Positions 1 to 10,232 of a stretch of 64,000 nucleotides of DNA are shown here, in pieces; positions within the stretch are counted from its first letter, which is position 1, and each line of letters starts with the position of its first letter. The notes under the pieces were generated by a model, which searched no databases, had not been told where the DNA came from, and saw nothing but the letters and a program-made list of their open reading frames with translations. Source of the DNA: a bacterium (lineage in GTDB: Bacteria; UBA8248); NCBI GenBank assembly GCA_965261085.1, contig OZ253442.1, positions 4,203,821 through 4,267,820 on the forward strand, written 5' to 3'. The position numbers and the translations under genes were made by a program.

Positions 1-791
1 GTCATCAATTCCTGAATCTGGGCCGCTGCCAAGTCTGCTGATTTTTCCTGAAACGCCTCAGGCTCGTTCTCATACGGCGCGAGAGCGTCGACGACACTCC
101 CGGGCACGCTCGCCCCGCATTTTTCCGCAAAACGCTGAACCTGCGCCACATCCCGGATGGGCAGGATGCCCGGCGCAAGGGGTACGCGCACGCCTCTTTT
201 TTTCATCTGCTCCAAAAACCGCTCCCAGACCCCCGCCTCAAAGAAGAACTGGGAAGCCGCGTAATCGGCCCCCTCGTTCACTTTCCGGACGAAGTAATCC
301 ATGTCCTCGTCCTTATCGGGCGTTTCGGGGTGGCCTTCGGGATAACAGGCCACGCCGATGGAGGAGAATCCGCCGAGAGCCTTAAGCCAGCGCACCAGAT
401 CTGCGGCGTAGCGGAATCCGCCGGCCACGGCCTCATCGCGCGTCATTTCTTCGGGGATATCCCCCCTGAGCGCGAGAATATCGCGCATCCCGTTTTCCTG
501 ATAAACCGCCATCAAACGCGAGATTTCGGCCTCGTTCGCACCCACGCAGGTGAGATGCGCCACCACGCGCCCCGGGTAGCGCCTCTCCAGTTCGAGCACG
601 AGTTCGAGCGTACCCTCTTGCGTGGAGCCACCCGCCCCGTACGTCACCGAAGTAAAGGCGACGTCCATCACCTCCTGAATCGCGGCCACCTCGCGCAGCG
701 CGCGCTCCACGGCCTTCCGGCCCTTGGGCGGATAGAGCTCGATGGAAACGCTGACCTCATGAGAGCAGATGCTCTCGATAATCGCCGACAA
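1..791 (-). CDS. metF: 5,10-methylenetetrahydrofolate reductase (3' end runs off the window; absent from the ORF track)
   Basis: Manual translation from TTG 791 (AGGAG RBS upstream): SIELYPPK...FTSVTYGAGGST...VAHLTCVG...ILALRGD, typical MetF motifs. Confidence 0.9.
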   Translation of the reverse strand, partial: MSAIIESICSHEVSVSIELYPPKGRKAVERALREVAAIQEVMDVAFTSVTYGAGGSTQEGTLELVLELERRYPGRVVAHLTCVGANEAEISRLMAVYQENGMRDILALRGDIPEEMTRDEAVAGGFRYAADLVRWLKALGGFSSIGVACYPEGHPETPDKDEDMDYFVRKVNEGADYAASQFFFEAGVWERFLEQMKKRGVRVPLAPGILPIRDVAQVQRFAEKCGASVPGSVVDALAPYENEPEAFQEKSADLAAAQIQELM

Positions 792-844
792 TCCACTACT
801 CCTGCGCGACGCCCTCACCCGGGCGCCGGGAGAATGAGAGACGT

Positions 845-881
845 AAAAAAACGGGCGCGGGGCAAATCCGCCCCGCGCCCG
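845..881 (-). terminator. Intrinsic terminator after the sodA-prx operon
   Basis: CGGGCGCGGGGC/GCCCCGCGCCCG stem with 6-nt loop; the A7 run on + gives a U7 tail on -. Confidence 0.85.
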
Positions 882-910
882 GCAACACGAAATTCAAAAA
901 CGAGACTAGC

Positions 911-1372
911 CTATAGACCCTCGATAGCCGCGAAGAGTTTCTCATCGTCCGGCTTCTCGGGCGGAGCGGCCGTCTCCTCCATGTAGGCGACGTTCCCGTC
1001 TTTGTTGACGAGAACCACCGCGCGGTTGCTGAAGCCCTTGGCATTCAGCAAACCGTAGGCCGCACACGTTTCCTTGCCGAAGAAATCGCTCAGCAGCGGA
1101 AATTCGATGCCGTATTTCTCAGCCCAGGCGGCGTGCGCGAAAGGGCTGTCCACACTGATGCCGATAACCTCGCAGTCGGCGGCGTCGAATTTCGCCTTCT
1201 CCGCCTGATAGGCGGGCAACTGTTCGCTGCACACGGAGGAGAAATCGAACGGGTAGAAGCAAAGAAGAACGTTTTTCTCTCCGCGAAAATCACTCAGCTT
1301 CACCGTATCCCCCTCGGCGAGGGTTCTCGGCAGTTCAAAATCTGGTGCTGCATCACCTACGCTCAAAGCCAT
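911..1372 (-). CDS. Peroxiredoxin (AhpE/BCP-like, AhpC-TSA family)
   Basis: [17 protein letters not shown] peroxidatic motif, GISVDS, PLLSD, RAVV. Confidence 0.9.
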   Translation of the reverse strand: MALSVGDAAPDFELPRTLAEGDTVKLSDFRGEKNVLLCFYPFDFSSVCSEQLPAYQAEKAKFDAADCEVIGISVDSPFAHAAWAEKYGIEFPLLSDFFGKETCAAYGLLNAKGFSNRAVVLVNKDGNVAYMEETAAPPEKPDDEKLFAAIEGL

Positions 1373-1384
1373 GATATCGCCCCC

Positions 1385-1972
<588 letters not shown>

Positions 1973-2223
1973 TTCGTTTTCTCCTTGATGGGAATGGGAT
2001 GTTCCTATTCACATGGTAAAAATAAAACCAATGAAGCCGCGGCCTCGTAAATCCTCCCAAAAACCGCCAAATCAGGTGAGCGGCGAATGACGAGACGCTG
2101 CGGAGAAGTTTTCATTTTTACGCAAACTTGAATCTCTGCTCCTGGTTCACAAGAGGCCGCATTCTACTTTTAGGGATTGGCCCGCGTCAAATCTCATCCT
2201 GAAGGCATCGGCCCGCCTTTTGC

Positions 2224-3123
2224 CTATTCGGGCGCGTCCATTTTCTGGATTTGGTCGAAATCACGGTAGAGAAGCGATAAATCCTCTTCGATCATTCCCC
2301 GCGCGACGGCTTTTTTCAAAAACGAGAGCGTGCCTTCGGCCAACTGGACGTCCGCGCCGCGCTTTTTCCCGATGCCGACGGCGATGCCGACATCCTTTTG
2401 CAGGTTGTAGATGCGCGCCTGCCCGTTCCAAGTGCCCGAGAGGATGTTGTTCGGAAAGCGGTGGCGGCTGGCGTAGCTATAAGCCGTCGATGCGTTGAAG
2501 ATGTCTATCATGTCCTCGACGCGCATTCCGAGGCGCTCGACGAGACGCGCTCCCTCGCAAGTCGCCAGGAACATCGTGTGGAGCACCATGTTGTGGATGA
2601 GCTTCATGGTGTGGCCGGAGCCCTGCGCTCCCAGGTGGAAGGTGTTCTCGACGAAGGGTTTGAGGTATTTCCTCGTGCGCTTGAGAAGCCTCTCATCTCC
2701 GCCGATCATGAGCGTCAGCTTCCCCTCGAGGATGCCGGCCGGCCCGCCGCTCATCCCTGCATCGAGATAGCCCACCCCCCCGCGCTCGGCGCGCTTCGCG
2801 AGACGCTTCGTCTTCGCCGGGTCCGAGGTCGTGAGGTCGTAGACGACGAGCCCTTTTCGCGCGTTTTTGAGCAGGCCGTCTTTCCCTTTGAAGCACGCCG
2901 CTATCTCGTCCGATGAGGGCACGACGAAGAAAACGACCGCGCAGGATTTCGCTATCTCACCGGGCGGTGCGATAGTTACGCCCTTTGTTTTCTCGAACGG
3001 CCTGCGCGCGGCCTCTGAGACGTCCCAGACCATCAGGGGCATCTTCGCCCCGATGAACCTCTGCGCCACGGGATTCCCCATGCGTCCCAAACCGATGACG
3101 CCTACGCTGTTTCGTTTCGCCAC
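2224..3123 (-). CDS. NAD(P)-dependent beta-hydroxyacid dehydrogenase (3-hydroxyisobutyrate DH family)
   Basis: GLGRMG Rossmann motif, DAGMSGG, catalytic K in MKLIHN. Confidence 0.85.
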   Translation of the reverse strand: MAKRNSVGVIGLGRMGNPVAQRFIGAKMPLMVWDVSEAARRPFEKTKGVTIAPPGEIAKSCAVVFFVVPSSDEIAACFKGKDGLLKNARKGLVVYDLTTSDPAKTKRLAKRAERGGVGYLDAGMSGGPAGILEGKLTLMIGGDERLLKRTRKYLKPFVENTFHLGAQGSGHTMKLIHNMVLHTMFLATCEGARLVERLGMRVEDMIDIFNASTAYSYASRHRFPNNILSGTWNGQARIYNLQKDVGIAVGIGKKRGADVQLAEGTLSFLKKAVARGMIEEDLSLLYRDFDQIQKMDAPE

Positions 3124-3160
3124 GTAACACCTCGGAGGAATATCCGGACAATGGATTCTT

Positions 3161-3237
3161 TGGAGCCGACGACCGGAGTTGAACCGGTGACCTGCTGATT
3201 ACGAATCAGCTGCTCTACCTGTCTGAGCTACGTCGGC
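3161..3237 (-). tRNA. tRNA-Thr(CGT)
   Basis: Reverse complement GCCGACGTAGCTCAG...CTGATTCGTAATCAG...GGTTCAACTCC...GTCGGCTCCA; cloverleaf with encoded CCA. Confidence 0.95.
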
Positions 3238-3421
3238 TGAAAGAGCATGGAACCCTGGTGAGGCTCGCGTTCCCCATGAGGGTGGTATTGAACACGCCGC
3301 TCCCCCCTTCGTCAAGCCGTGAGGCGGCGAGACGGCGCGAAATTTGCGATTTCCCGCCACTTGTGGTTTCATTCGGAGGCTTGACTTGCGAGACGACGCA
3401 TCGTAAACATCTTTTCTCTTT

Positions 3422-3497
<76 letters not shown>

Positions 3498-3505
3498 CAA
3501 ATCAC

Positions 3506-3525
3506 CCCGAACCCCGTTCGGGTTT
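3506..3525 (+). terminator. Possible terminator hairpin after tRNA-Lys
   Basis: CCCGAAC-CCC-GTTCGGG followed by a short TTT. Confidence 0.5.
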
Positions 3526-3606
3526 CATGCAATTTCTCACAGGAACGGCCCCTCCCCTCCATCTTTTCGGTGGGGACGGCATCCTCCCCGGAAGGCGGGC
3601 CGGTTC

Positions 3607-3735
3607 GTGAGCCGTGGCGCCACCGAGGATGAGATATTCGAGGCCGTGCAATGCCTGATCTTTCCCGCAGGCGGCCCCTCGCTGATGATGGGTATCAAGT
3701 GCCTGCGCGCCGTCCTGGAGGAGCGCAAGACTTAG
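3607..3735 (+). pseudogene. 3' remnant of a carboxymuconolactone decarboxylase (CMD)-family gene
   Basis: Frame reads GATEDEIFEAVQCLIFPAGGPSLMMGIKCLRAVLEERKT*; no recognisable 5' half. Confidence 0.6.
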
Positions 3736-3769
3736 GACTCATTTTTTTCATATCCCTAGGGGACACCGC

Positions 3770-4507
3770 ATGGACAGAAGCATCTGGGCGACCTGGTACG
3801 ACCTGCCGAAAGAAGATGAAGAAGAGTACAACGACTGGCTCCACCACACGCACATAAAAGACGCGCTCAAACGCCCCGGCTACATGTGGGCGGCCCACTA
3901 TGAACTCGTGGACAGGGAATCGCCCAAATCAAAGAAAAAAGACCACTTGGCCTACACGGACGACCCCTCGATCCCCAGCGGCACGGAGTTTCTGCTCCTG
4001 TTCGGGGCGGCGAGCGCGGAGGTTTTCTTAAGCCCCAACCCCGCCCAACTCGCGGAGACGTACTCTGATGAGACGAAGGCGATGACCGCCAAGAGAATCG
4101 GCGAGCGCACCGGCATATTCACCGAAGTCGACAGGGTGAACGGCCCGGACGCAGCCACCCGCGCGGTGGGCGGCGTGCCCGCGCCGATAGTCCAGATGGG
4201 CACGTTCAACTGCTTCACGCCCGAGGACGATTTTGATCTCAGTTCCTGGTACGCGCAGGACCGCCTGCCCGCGATGAAGTACATGCGCGGCTGCGTGGGC
4301 ACGCGCAAGCTGGTCTCCGTGGCGGGATGGGCGAAGCACTCCATCTTTTATGAATTCGCCTCGCTCGAGAAAGTCCTCGCGCACTTCCCGCGCGCGGACA
4401 AGCTCTTCCCCGGCGAGAACGACTGGTCGTATCACGTATGCCAGCGCCTGCTCCATGCGCCCGGCTCGCCCACTCGCGGCAAGCGCATCTGGCCGCCGGT
4501 GGAATGA
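3770..4507 (+). CDS. Hypothetical protein with two putative dimeric alpha-beta barrel (EthD/DUF4286-like) repeats
   Basis: EEEYNDWLHHTHI...PGY and FDLSSWYAQDRLP...GC patterns; GGGG RBS. Confidence 0.6.
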   Translation: MDRSIWATWYDLPKEDEEEYNDWLHHTHIKDALKRPGYMWAAHYELVDRESPKSKKKDHLAYTDDPSIPSGTEFLLLFGAASAEVFLSPNPAQLAETYSDETKAMTAKRIGERTGIFTEVDRVNGPDAATRAVGGVPAPIVQMGTFNCFTPEDDFDLSSWYAQDRLPAMKYMRGCVGTRKLVSVAGWAKHSIFYEFASLEKVLAHFPRADKLFPGENDWSYHVCQRLLHAPGSPTRGKRIWPPVE

Positions 4508-4523
4508 GTAAGGGGGCGTAAGA

Positions 4524-5204
4524 ATGAGTTATATGAAACCCATCCCCGTCGAGGAAGCGGAAGGCGAAGCCACGAAACTATTCGCAGGCGTGACGAAGAT
4601 GCTCGGCCGCGTGGCGAATTCCTTCGCCGTCATGGCCTATCAGCCCCACGTCGCCAAGGTCATACTGCCGCTCACCGTCACGCTCATGCGCGAGGGGCTG
4701 GGCACGGTGCTTCCCACCAAAATCAAGGAAATCTCAGTCATCAAGACGAGCCACCTGAACGGGTGTGAATACTGACTCGGGCACAACACGGCGCTCGGTC
4801 GAGACGCCGGGGTCACCGAAAAGCAAGTGCGCGAGATCTGCTCGGACGCCTATATGGACTCCCCTACGATGAGCCCAAGAGAGAAAGCCGCCGTCCTGTG
4901 GGCGGAGCACGTGACGCGCAACACCGCCAAGACGCGCGACGACGTGTTCCAAGAGGTGAGGCGTCATTATGATGATCGCGAATTCGTCGAGCTCACCATG
5001 GTCATCACCTATTTCAACATGAGAAACCGCTTTCAGGACGCCCTGCGCATTCCGCTGGATGAACCTAAAACGATATCGGGCATCACCCTCGGGCGCAGGC
5101 AGGACCCCGAAAACCTCAAAACCTATCTCGAAGAGGTGGCGGCGGAGTGGCCCGAGAGTTTTCCGGGGCCGGATGAAGACGATAAAGGGGAGCGTCACGC
5201 ATGA
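4524..5204 (+). CDS. AhpD/CMD-family protein with in-frame TGA (4773-4775), probable selenoprotein, 226 aa
   Basis: ORFs 4524..4775 and 4827..5204 share one frame; reads TSHLNGCEY-U-LGHN...MSPREKAAVLWAEHVT...FNMRNRF. Confidence 0.85.
4789..4809 (+). promoter_or_regulatory. Putative bacterial SECIS element
   Basis: CGGCG-CTC-[GGTC loop]-GAG-A-CGCCG hairpin starting 14 nt after the TGA; the loop starts with GG. Confidence 0.7.
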
Positions 5205-5644
5205 GCGAGAAGCCCGATTTCGTCTGGGAGAATTTACAAGTCGGCATGACCATCGGTGAGCGCAGCCTCACGGTGACGCAAGAGATGGTGGATGCGCACT
5301 GCGACGCCGTGGGCGCAAAGCGGGAATGGTATGCGGGCGAATCGCCCGCAGGCGGGTCCATCGCGCCGCCGATGATATTCATCAACGACCTGCTCGCCAT
5401 TTATGATGAGAACTACAAGCGCTTCGGCACCATCCACGCGAAGCTCGGCTACCGCTTTCACCGGCCCGTGCGAGTCGGTGAGACGGTGCGCCAGAAAGTC
5501 ATTGTCAAGGACTTATACGTGAAGCGCGAGAAGGGCTGGATAGTGAGCGAACTCAGCGTTGCGAACGAGGCGGGCGAGTTGCTCTTGACCTCCTCGCACA
5601 CGTCGGTCTTAAGCCTCACGAGAAAGCACCAGGATAATGACTGA
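5201..5644 (+). CDS. MaoC/hotdog-fold protein, probably the non-catalytic subunit
   Basis: IAPPM, IHAKLGYRFHRPVRVGE; lacks DxxxxH; ATGA overlap with upstream gene. Confidence 0.75.
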   Translation: MSEKPDFVWENLQVGMTIGERSLTVTQEMVDAHCDAVGAKREWYAGESPAGGSIAPPMIFINDLLAIYDENYKRFGTIHAKLGYRFHRPVRVGETVRQKVIVKDLYVKREKGWIVSELSVANEAGELLLTSSHTSVLSLTRKHQDND

Positions 5645-6068
5645 CTCACTACTTAAAAACATGGAAATCGGCGACGCTCTGCCCGAGCGGACACACAAAG
5701 TGGACTGGGAGGATATTCTCAAATTCAACCGCTACGTCACCGGCGGCGTGGATACCAAGAACATTCACACCGACGATGAGGTGGCCCGAAAGGCGGGCCT
5801 GCCCCGGGCGGTGGCGACGGGCCGCCACCCGGTGTCCTTCATCACCGAACTCATGGTCGATCATCTGGGCATGGGCTTCATCACGGGCGGAGAGATTGAT
5901 GTCTCCTTCGTGAAGCCTATTTTCCCGGGCGACGTTTTAAGCCTTTCGGCGACGCTCAAGGAGAAATCTTCGGACGATGGCGCGAAGAACTATCTGTTCG
6001 ACGTTTCGCTCACGAACCAGGACGGCGCCGCCGTCACGCTCGGCACCGCCGGCGGACGCATCAACTAG
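5637..6068 (+). CDS. MaoC-family dehydratase, catalytic type
   Basis: DTKNIH (D-x4-H) motif, FVKPIFPGD. Confidence 0.85.
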   Translation: MTDSLLKNMEIGDALPERTHKVDWEDILKFNRYVTGGVDTKNIHTDDEVARKAGLPRAVATGRHPVSFITELMVDHLGMGFITGGEIDVSFVKPIFPGDVLSLSATLKEKSSDDGAKNYLFDVSLTNQDGAAVTLGTAGGRIN

Positions 6069-6079
6069 CCTCAGGCCCC

Positions 6080-8185
6080 ATGAACGCACGAAAATCCCTA
6101 AAAAGCCTCTTTCACCCGAAATCCTTCGCCGTAGTGGGCGCAGCCTCGAACCTGAACCGCTTAGGCGGTATCCCCCTGCGTCTCACGATGAAATACGGCT
6201 TTCCCGGCCCCATCTACCCCATCAACCCGAGGCGTGAGGAGATAGCGGGGCTTAAGTGCTATCCCGACATCGCCTCTCTGCCGGAAGCGCCCGAATTCGC
6301 GCTCATCTGCACGCCGAGAGAAGACGTGCTCCCCGCCCTCGCACAATGCGCGGAACGCGGAGTAAAGGCCGCCGCCGTCATCACCTCCGGCTTCGCGGAA
6401 ACGGGCGCAGAGGGAGTCGCGCTTCAAGAGAAGATTCTCGCACTTCGCGACGCATCGGGGATGCGGGTGCTCGGCCCCAACTGCATGGGCGTGGTGCACG
6501 TGCGCTCACGCCTCATGGCCACGTTTACGATATCCATCAGGGATGACGACCCGCTCATTCCAGGGGCCGTGGCCATCGTCACCCAGAGCGGGGCCATGGG
6601 GGCCTGCATGCTCACGGGCTTTCAGGAGAGTGGTTCAGGCATCAGCAGCCTCGTGAGCCTCGGCAACGAGGTGGACGTTGATTTCGCGGAATGCGTCGAA
6701 TACTTTCTGGACGACCCGCACACGCGCGTCATTTGCGGGTATCTGGAATCCGTGCGCAATGGCAAGCGTTTGAAACGCGCCGCCCGGCGCGCCTTGGAGC
6801 TTGGGAAACCCATCGTCCTGCTCAAGGGCGGTAAGACCGAAGAGGGAGCCCGCGCCGCGCGCAGCCACACCGCCGCCATCACGACCTCAAGCGATGTTTT
6901 TGACGCCTTCGCCGAACAATACGGCGTTCAGGTGCTGGGCTCCATGGATGAGTTCATCGAAATAGCGGATTTCCTCGCGCGCACAAAGCCGATTCAAGGA
7001 AACGGGGTGGGGATTTTAAGTTTCTCGGGCGGGCTGGGCGCGCTGGCCGCAGACTTAAGCACGGACGCAGGTCTCAGGCTTCCCGTCCTCGGCGAGAAAA
7101 CGCAAGAAAAGCTCGCTGCCGTGCTGCCCGACTACGCGCCCAAGGACAATCCGGTGGACCTCGTATCCCTAATGGTCAGCCAACCCGAGAGCCAGCCGCT
7201 CAAAACCGCAGGGGAAGCGGTGGCATCGGATGAGAGCGTAGACGCCCTGCTCTTCCTCATGGGCATTTATCACCACGTGGGCGAGCAGATAGCCGAAGAA
7301 GTGAAGGCGCTGTTCAAATCCTCGGAAATCCCCATCGCCTTCGCCTGGCTCACGGGGCCGCGAGAGTACATACATGCGCTCAGGAAAGCCGACGTACCCG
7401 TTTTTGGCGATTATTCACGCGCGATTCGCGGCCTGGAATCCCTCTTATCCCTCGAACACGCGCGCGAGACCGCCTCGTCTCAGCACTTCTCGAAAAACCA
7501 CACAAGGAAGGAGGCGGCCAGGCGAAGCATAAAGCGGGGCCGCGCATCGGCCGATGGTTTTCTGCCGCCTGAAACCTGCGCCGAAATTTTGGACCTCTAC
7601 GGTATCCCGAGACCACGGGAAATTCTGGTCGATACGGCGGATGAAGCACGCAAGACGTGGGAGGAGTATCAAACCCCCGTTGCGCTCAAACTGGTATCGG
7701 AGAGCCTCTCGCACAAGACCGAGGCGGGCGGCGTGATCCTGTATCTCGATACACCCGAGGAGGTGCTGGCCGGAGCCGAAAAATTGCTTACTCTCACGGA
7801 TGACGCGCGCCTTCTGGTGCAGGAGATGGTCGGAGGCGGCATAGAGCTTCTGGTCGGCATATCGCGGGATGAGACGTTCGGGCCGTGCGTCACGGCGGGG
7901 CTGGGCGGGGTGTATGTGGAGGCGCTGGGCGACGTGGCCCGCCTGCTGCCGCCTTTTGACGCCGCACAGGCCGAAAGGGCGCTATCGGGCCTTCGCTCGC
8001 GCGTCATATTCGATGGCTTCCGGGGCGGTCCCAAAGTTCAAATCTCGCGCATATCCGATATAATGGTCAAAATATCGAGGCTGGCGCTGGAGTTGAGACA
8101 CGAGATCGCCGAGATGGACCTGAACCCGCTCATCGCCACGGCTAAGGGCTGCATCGCCGTGGACGTTCGGATAAAAAGGACCTGA
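6080..8185 (+). CDS. ADP-forming acyl-CoA synthetase (fused alpha-beta, acetate-CoA ligase family)
   Basis: PKSFAVVGAAS, GPNCMG, QSGA, SLGNE, SHTA phospho-His, NPVD, HKTEAGGV ATP-grasp, DLNP. Confidence 0.9.
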   Translation: MNARKSLKSLFHPKSFAVVGAASNLNRLGGIPLRLTMKYGFPGPIYPINPRREEIAGLKCYPDIASLPEAPEFALICTPREDVLPALAQCAERGVKAAAVITSGFAETGAEGVALQEKILALRDASGMRVLGPNCMGVVHVRSRLMATFTISIRDDDPLIPGAVAIVTQSGAMGACMLTGFQESGSGISSLVSLGNEVDVDFAECVEYFLDDPHTRVICGYLESVRNGKRLKRAARRALELGKPIVLLKGGKTEEGARAARSHTAAITTSSDVFDAFAEQYGVQVLGSMDEFIEIADFLARTKPIQGNGVGILSFSGGLGALAADLSTDAGLRLPVLGEKTQEKLAAVLPDYAPKDNPVDLVSLMVSQPESQPLKTAGEAVASDESVDALLFLMGIYHHVGEQIAEEVKALFKSSEIPIAFAWLTGPREYIHALRKADVPVFGDYSRAIRGLESLLSLEHARETASSQHFSKNHTRKEAARRSIKRGRASADGFLPPETCAEILDLYGIPRPREILVDTADEARKTWEEYQTPVALKLVSESLSHKTEAGGVILYLDTPEEVLAGAEKLLTLTDDARLLVQEMVGGGIELLVGISRDETFGPCVTAGLGGVYVEALGDVARLLPPFDAAQAERALSGLRSRVIFDGFRGGPKVQISRISDIMVKISRLALELRHEIAEMDLNPLIATAKGCIAVDVRIKRT

Positions 8186-8192
8186 CGAGAGG

Positions 8193-8633
8193 ATGCGCAT
8201 GAGCAAGAGAATCACGCCCGAAATCCGCGCCCTGGTGGGGCGAAAGCACGGCCCCTACAGAGTAAAAGTCGAGCAGGGCGCGATCGAAAAATTCGCAGAC
8301 GCCATCGGCGACCCGAACCCGGCCTACCGGGGAGTCGACGCCATCGCGCCCCCCACCTTCCCGACCACCTTCAGGACAAAGGACGCCTTTCCCGATCTGC
8401 CGCCTGATTTCGGTGACGTGGGCCTCCACGCTTCGCAAGCCTATGAGGTGGAGCGACCCATCCGTGCGGGCGATGAGCTGGATGTTTCCTTCACCATCTT
8501 GGGCATCACCGAAAAATCGGGCCGCACGGGCGATCTGGTCTTCGTAGAGCGAGAATACGAATTTCTGGACGCGCGCGACGGCTCCCGCGTGGGCGGGGGC
8601 AAGTGGGTATCGCTCAGGCGATTCAGGAACTAA
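8193..8633 (+). CDS. MaoC N-terminal/HadA-like hotdog protein
   Basis: FADAIGDPNPAY, APPTF, LHASQAY. Confidence 0.85.
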   Translation: MRMSKRITPEIRALVGRKHGPYRVKVEQGAIEKFADAIGDPNPAYRGVDAIAPPTFPTTFRTKDAFPDLPPDFGDVGLHASQAYEVERPIRAGDELDVSFTILGITEKSGRTGDLVFVEREYEFLDARDGSRVGGGKWVSLRRFRN

Positions 8634-8643
8634 AGGAGAGGCG

Positions 8644-9045
8644 ATGCGCTACAGACATGGCGATAAACTCCCCGAACTCGTAAAGGAACCCGTATCGCGG
8701 ACACAGCTCGTGAAATACGCAGGATCCAGCGGGGATTACAACCCGATTCACTATGACGACGAGGCGGCGCGGGCGGGCGGTCTCGAGGGCGTCATCGCCC
8801 ACGGGATGCTATCGATGGGCTTTTTGGGGCATTTCATTGAGAACACCTTCGGCGCGGGAAGCTGCAAAAGGCTCGAAGTCCGCTTTCAGGGCATGGTGAA
8901 GCTCGGCGAGGTCATCACCTGCCGGGGCGTCGTCACCGACATCACGCAAGAGAAGAACCGATCATACGCCACCTGCGAGATCGAGGCGGTAGACTCAAGC
9001 GGCCGCGTCGTCACCAGGGGCTGCGCCCAGGCCTGGCTGGACTGA
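8644..9045 (+). CDS. MaoC/HadB-like dehydratase
   Basis: YAGSSGDYNPIH, IAHGM. Confidence 0.88.
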   Translation: MRYRHGDKLPELVKEPVSRTQLVKYAGSSGDYNPIHYDDEAARAGGLEGVIAHGMLSMGFLGHFIENTFGAGSCKRLEVRFQGMVKLGEVITCRGVVTDITQEKNRSYATCEIEAVDSSGRVVTRGCAQAWLD

Positions 9046-9073
9046 ATCCATAGAATAGAAAGAGAGGAATTCC

Positions 9074-9817
9074 ATGAGACTGAAAAACAAGAACGCCATC
9101 GTCACCGGCGCCGCCCAGGGCATCGGCCGCTCGGTTTGTGTGCGCTTCGCAGAAGAAGGGGCGAAGGTGCTCGTCGTCGACATGAACGAGGAGGGCGGCG
9201 AGGAGACGGCGCGCCTGATTCGAGAGGCGGGCGGCGAGGCCATCTCCCACAAGGCCGACGTGAGCAAACTCCAGGAAGTAGAGGGCGCGCTCGACGTTTC
9301 CGAAGCCGCGCACGGCCCCATCAACGTCATGGTGAACAACGCAGGCATCGTGCGCGCGGCCATGCTCCACAAGATGACCGAAGAGCAATGGGACTCCGTG
9401 ATCGCCGTTCACTTGAAGGGCACCTGGACGGGAATTCACGCGGCGGCCAAGCGCATGATCCCCCGAAAAGAGGGCCGCATCATCAACGTCACCTCCGGCG
9501 CGGGGCTTCGCGGCACCATCGGCCAGATCAACTATTCCTCCGCCAAGATGGGCATCGTCGGCGCGACGCAAAGCGCCGCGCGCGAACTGGGACGCCACAA
9601 CATCACCGTGAACTGCGTCTCGCCCGCGGCCATCACCCCGATGACGGAGACGATTCGCACCGATGAGCGCTTTGAATCCAAATACCTGGAGCGCATCTGC
9701 CTGGGCAGGTGGGGAGAACCCGAGGAGATGGCGGCTGGCTTCGTGTTCCTCGCATCGGACGAGGCGAGCTACGTGACGGGCATCGTGCTCAGAATCGACG
9801 GCGGGCTGGGGATGTAG
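9074..9817 (+). CDS. SDR family oxidoreductase (FabG-like 3-oxoacyl reductase)
   Basis: TGAAQGIG, NNAG, YSSAK. Confidence 0.9.
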   Translation: MRLKNKNAIVTGAAQGIGRSVCVRFAEEGAKVLVVDMNEEGGEETARLIREAGGEAISHKADVSKLQEVEGALDVSEAAHGPINVMVNNAGIVRAAMLHKMTEEQWDSVIAVHLKGTWTGIHAAAKRMIPRKEGRIINVTSGAGLRGTIGQINYSSAKMGIVGATQSAARELGRHNITVNCVSPAAITPMTETIRTDERFESKYLERICLGRWGEPEEMAAGFVFLASDEASYVTGIVLRIDGGLGM

Positions 9818-9863
9818 GCTCTGGATTCCGGAATTCGCCGGGATGACAAGCAAAGGGAATATC

Positions 9864-10089
9864 ACTCCCCCCTTGAGGGGGAGTCGCAGAAGCCGAGCCC
9901 CTTTGGGCGAAGGCTGATGCGGTGGGGGGCAAGGTTCTAAAATAAAAGCTCCCCCCACCGGCACGACTGCGGGCTTCGCCCTTGCCTTGCCGACTCCCCC
10001 TCAAGGGGGGAGTAATTTCGCATATCTCGTTTTATCGTCTCGACGACATTCCCTCCCTCATCGGTCGGGAATGACCCTCAAGGGGGGAG
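9864..10089. repeat. Palindromic REP/MITE-like element with 23-bp terminal inverted repeats plus an extra right arm
   Basis: ACTCCCCCCTTGAGGGGGAGTCG (9864-9886) is the exact reverse complement of 9991-10013; related copy at 61313-61486. Confidence 0.8.
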
Positions 10090-10232
10090 CAAAGGCGAGC
10101 GGACACACAAGTCCTCCCTTACGAGACAACCACCACCCCCAAAATACTCACCCCCATCTGGCGTCGCCACCACGGGACTGATAGAATCGCCCCGGATGCG
10201 ACCCCGAAAACAACGAAACGGAGGAACCGCCC

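Noticed and set aside
792-845. SAM/SAH riboswitch upstream of metF
   Set aside because: The leader is only about 50 nt and lacks recognisable consensus motifs
330-986. Long antisense or overlapping ORFs in the track (e.g. 330..986, 1133..2050, 9011..9964, 17352..18476, 40453..41397)
   Set aside because: Shadow frames opposite well-supported genes in GC-rich DNA; no motifs
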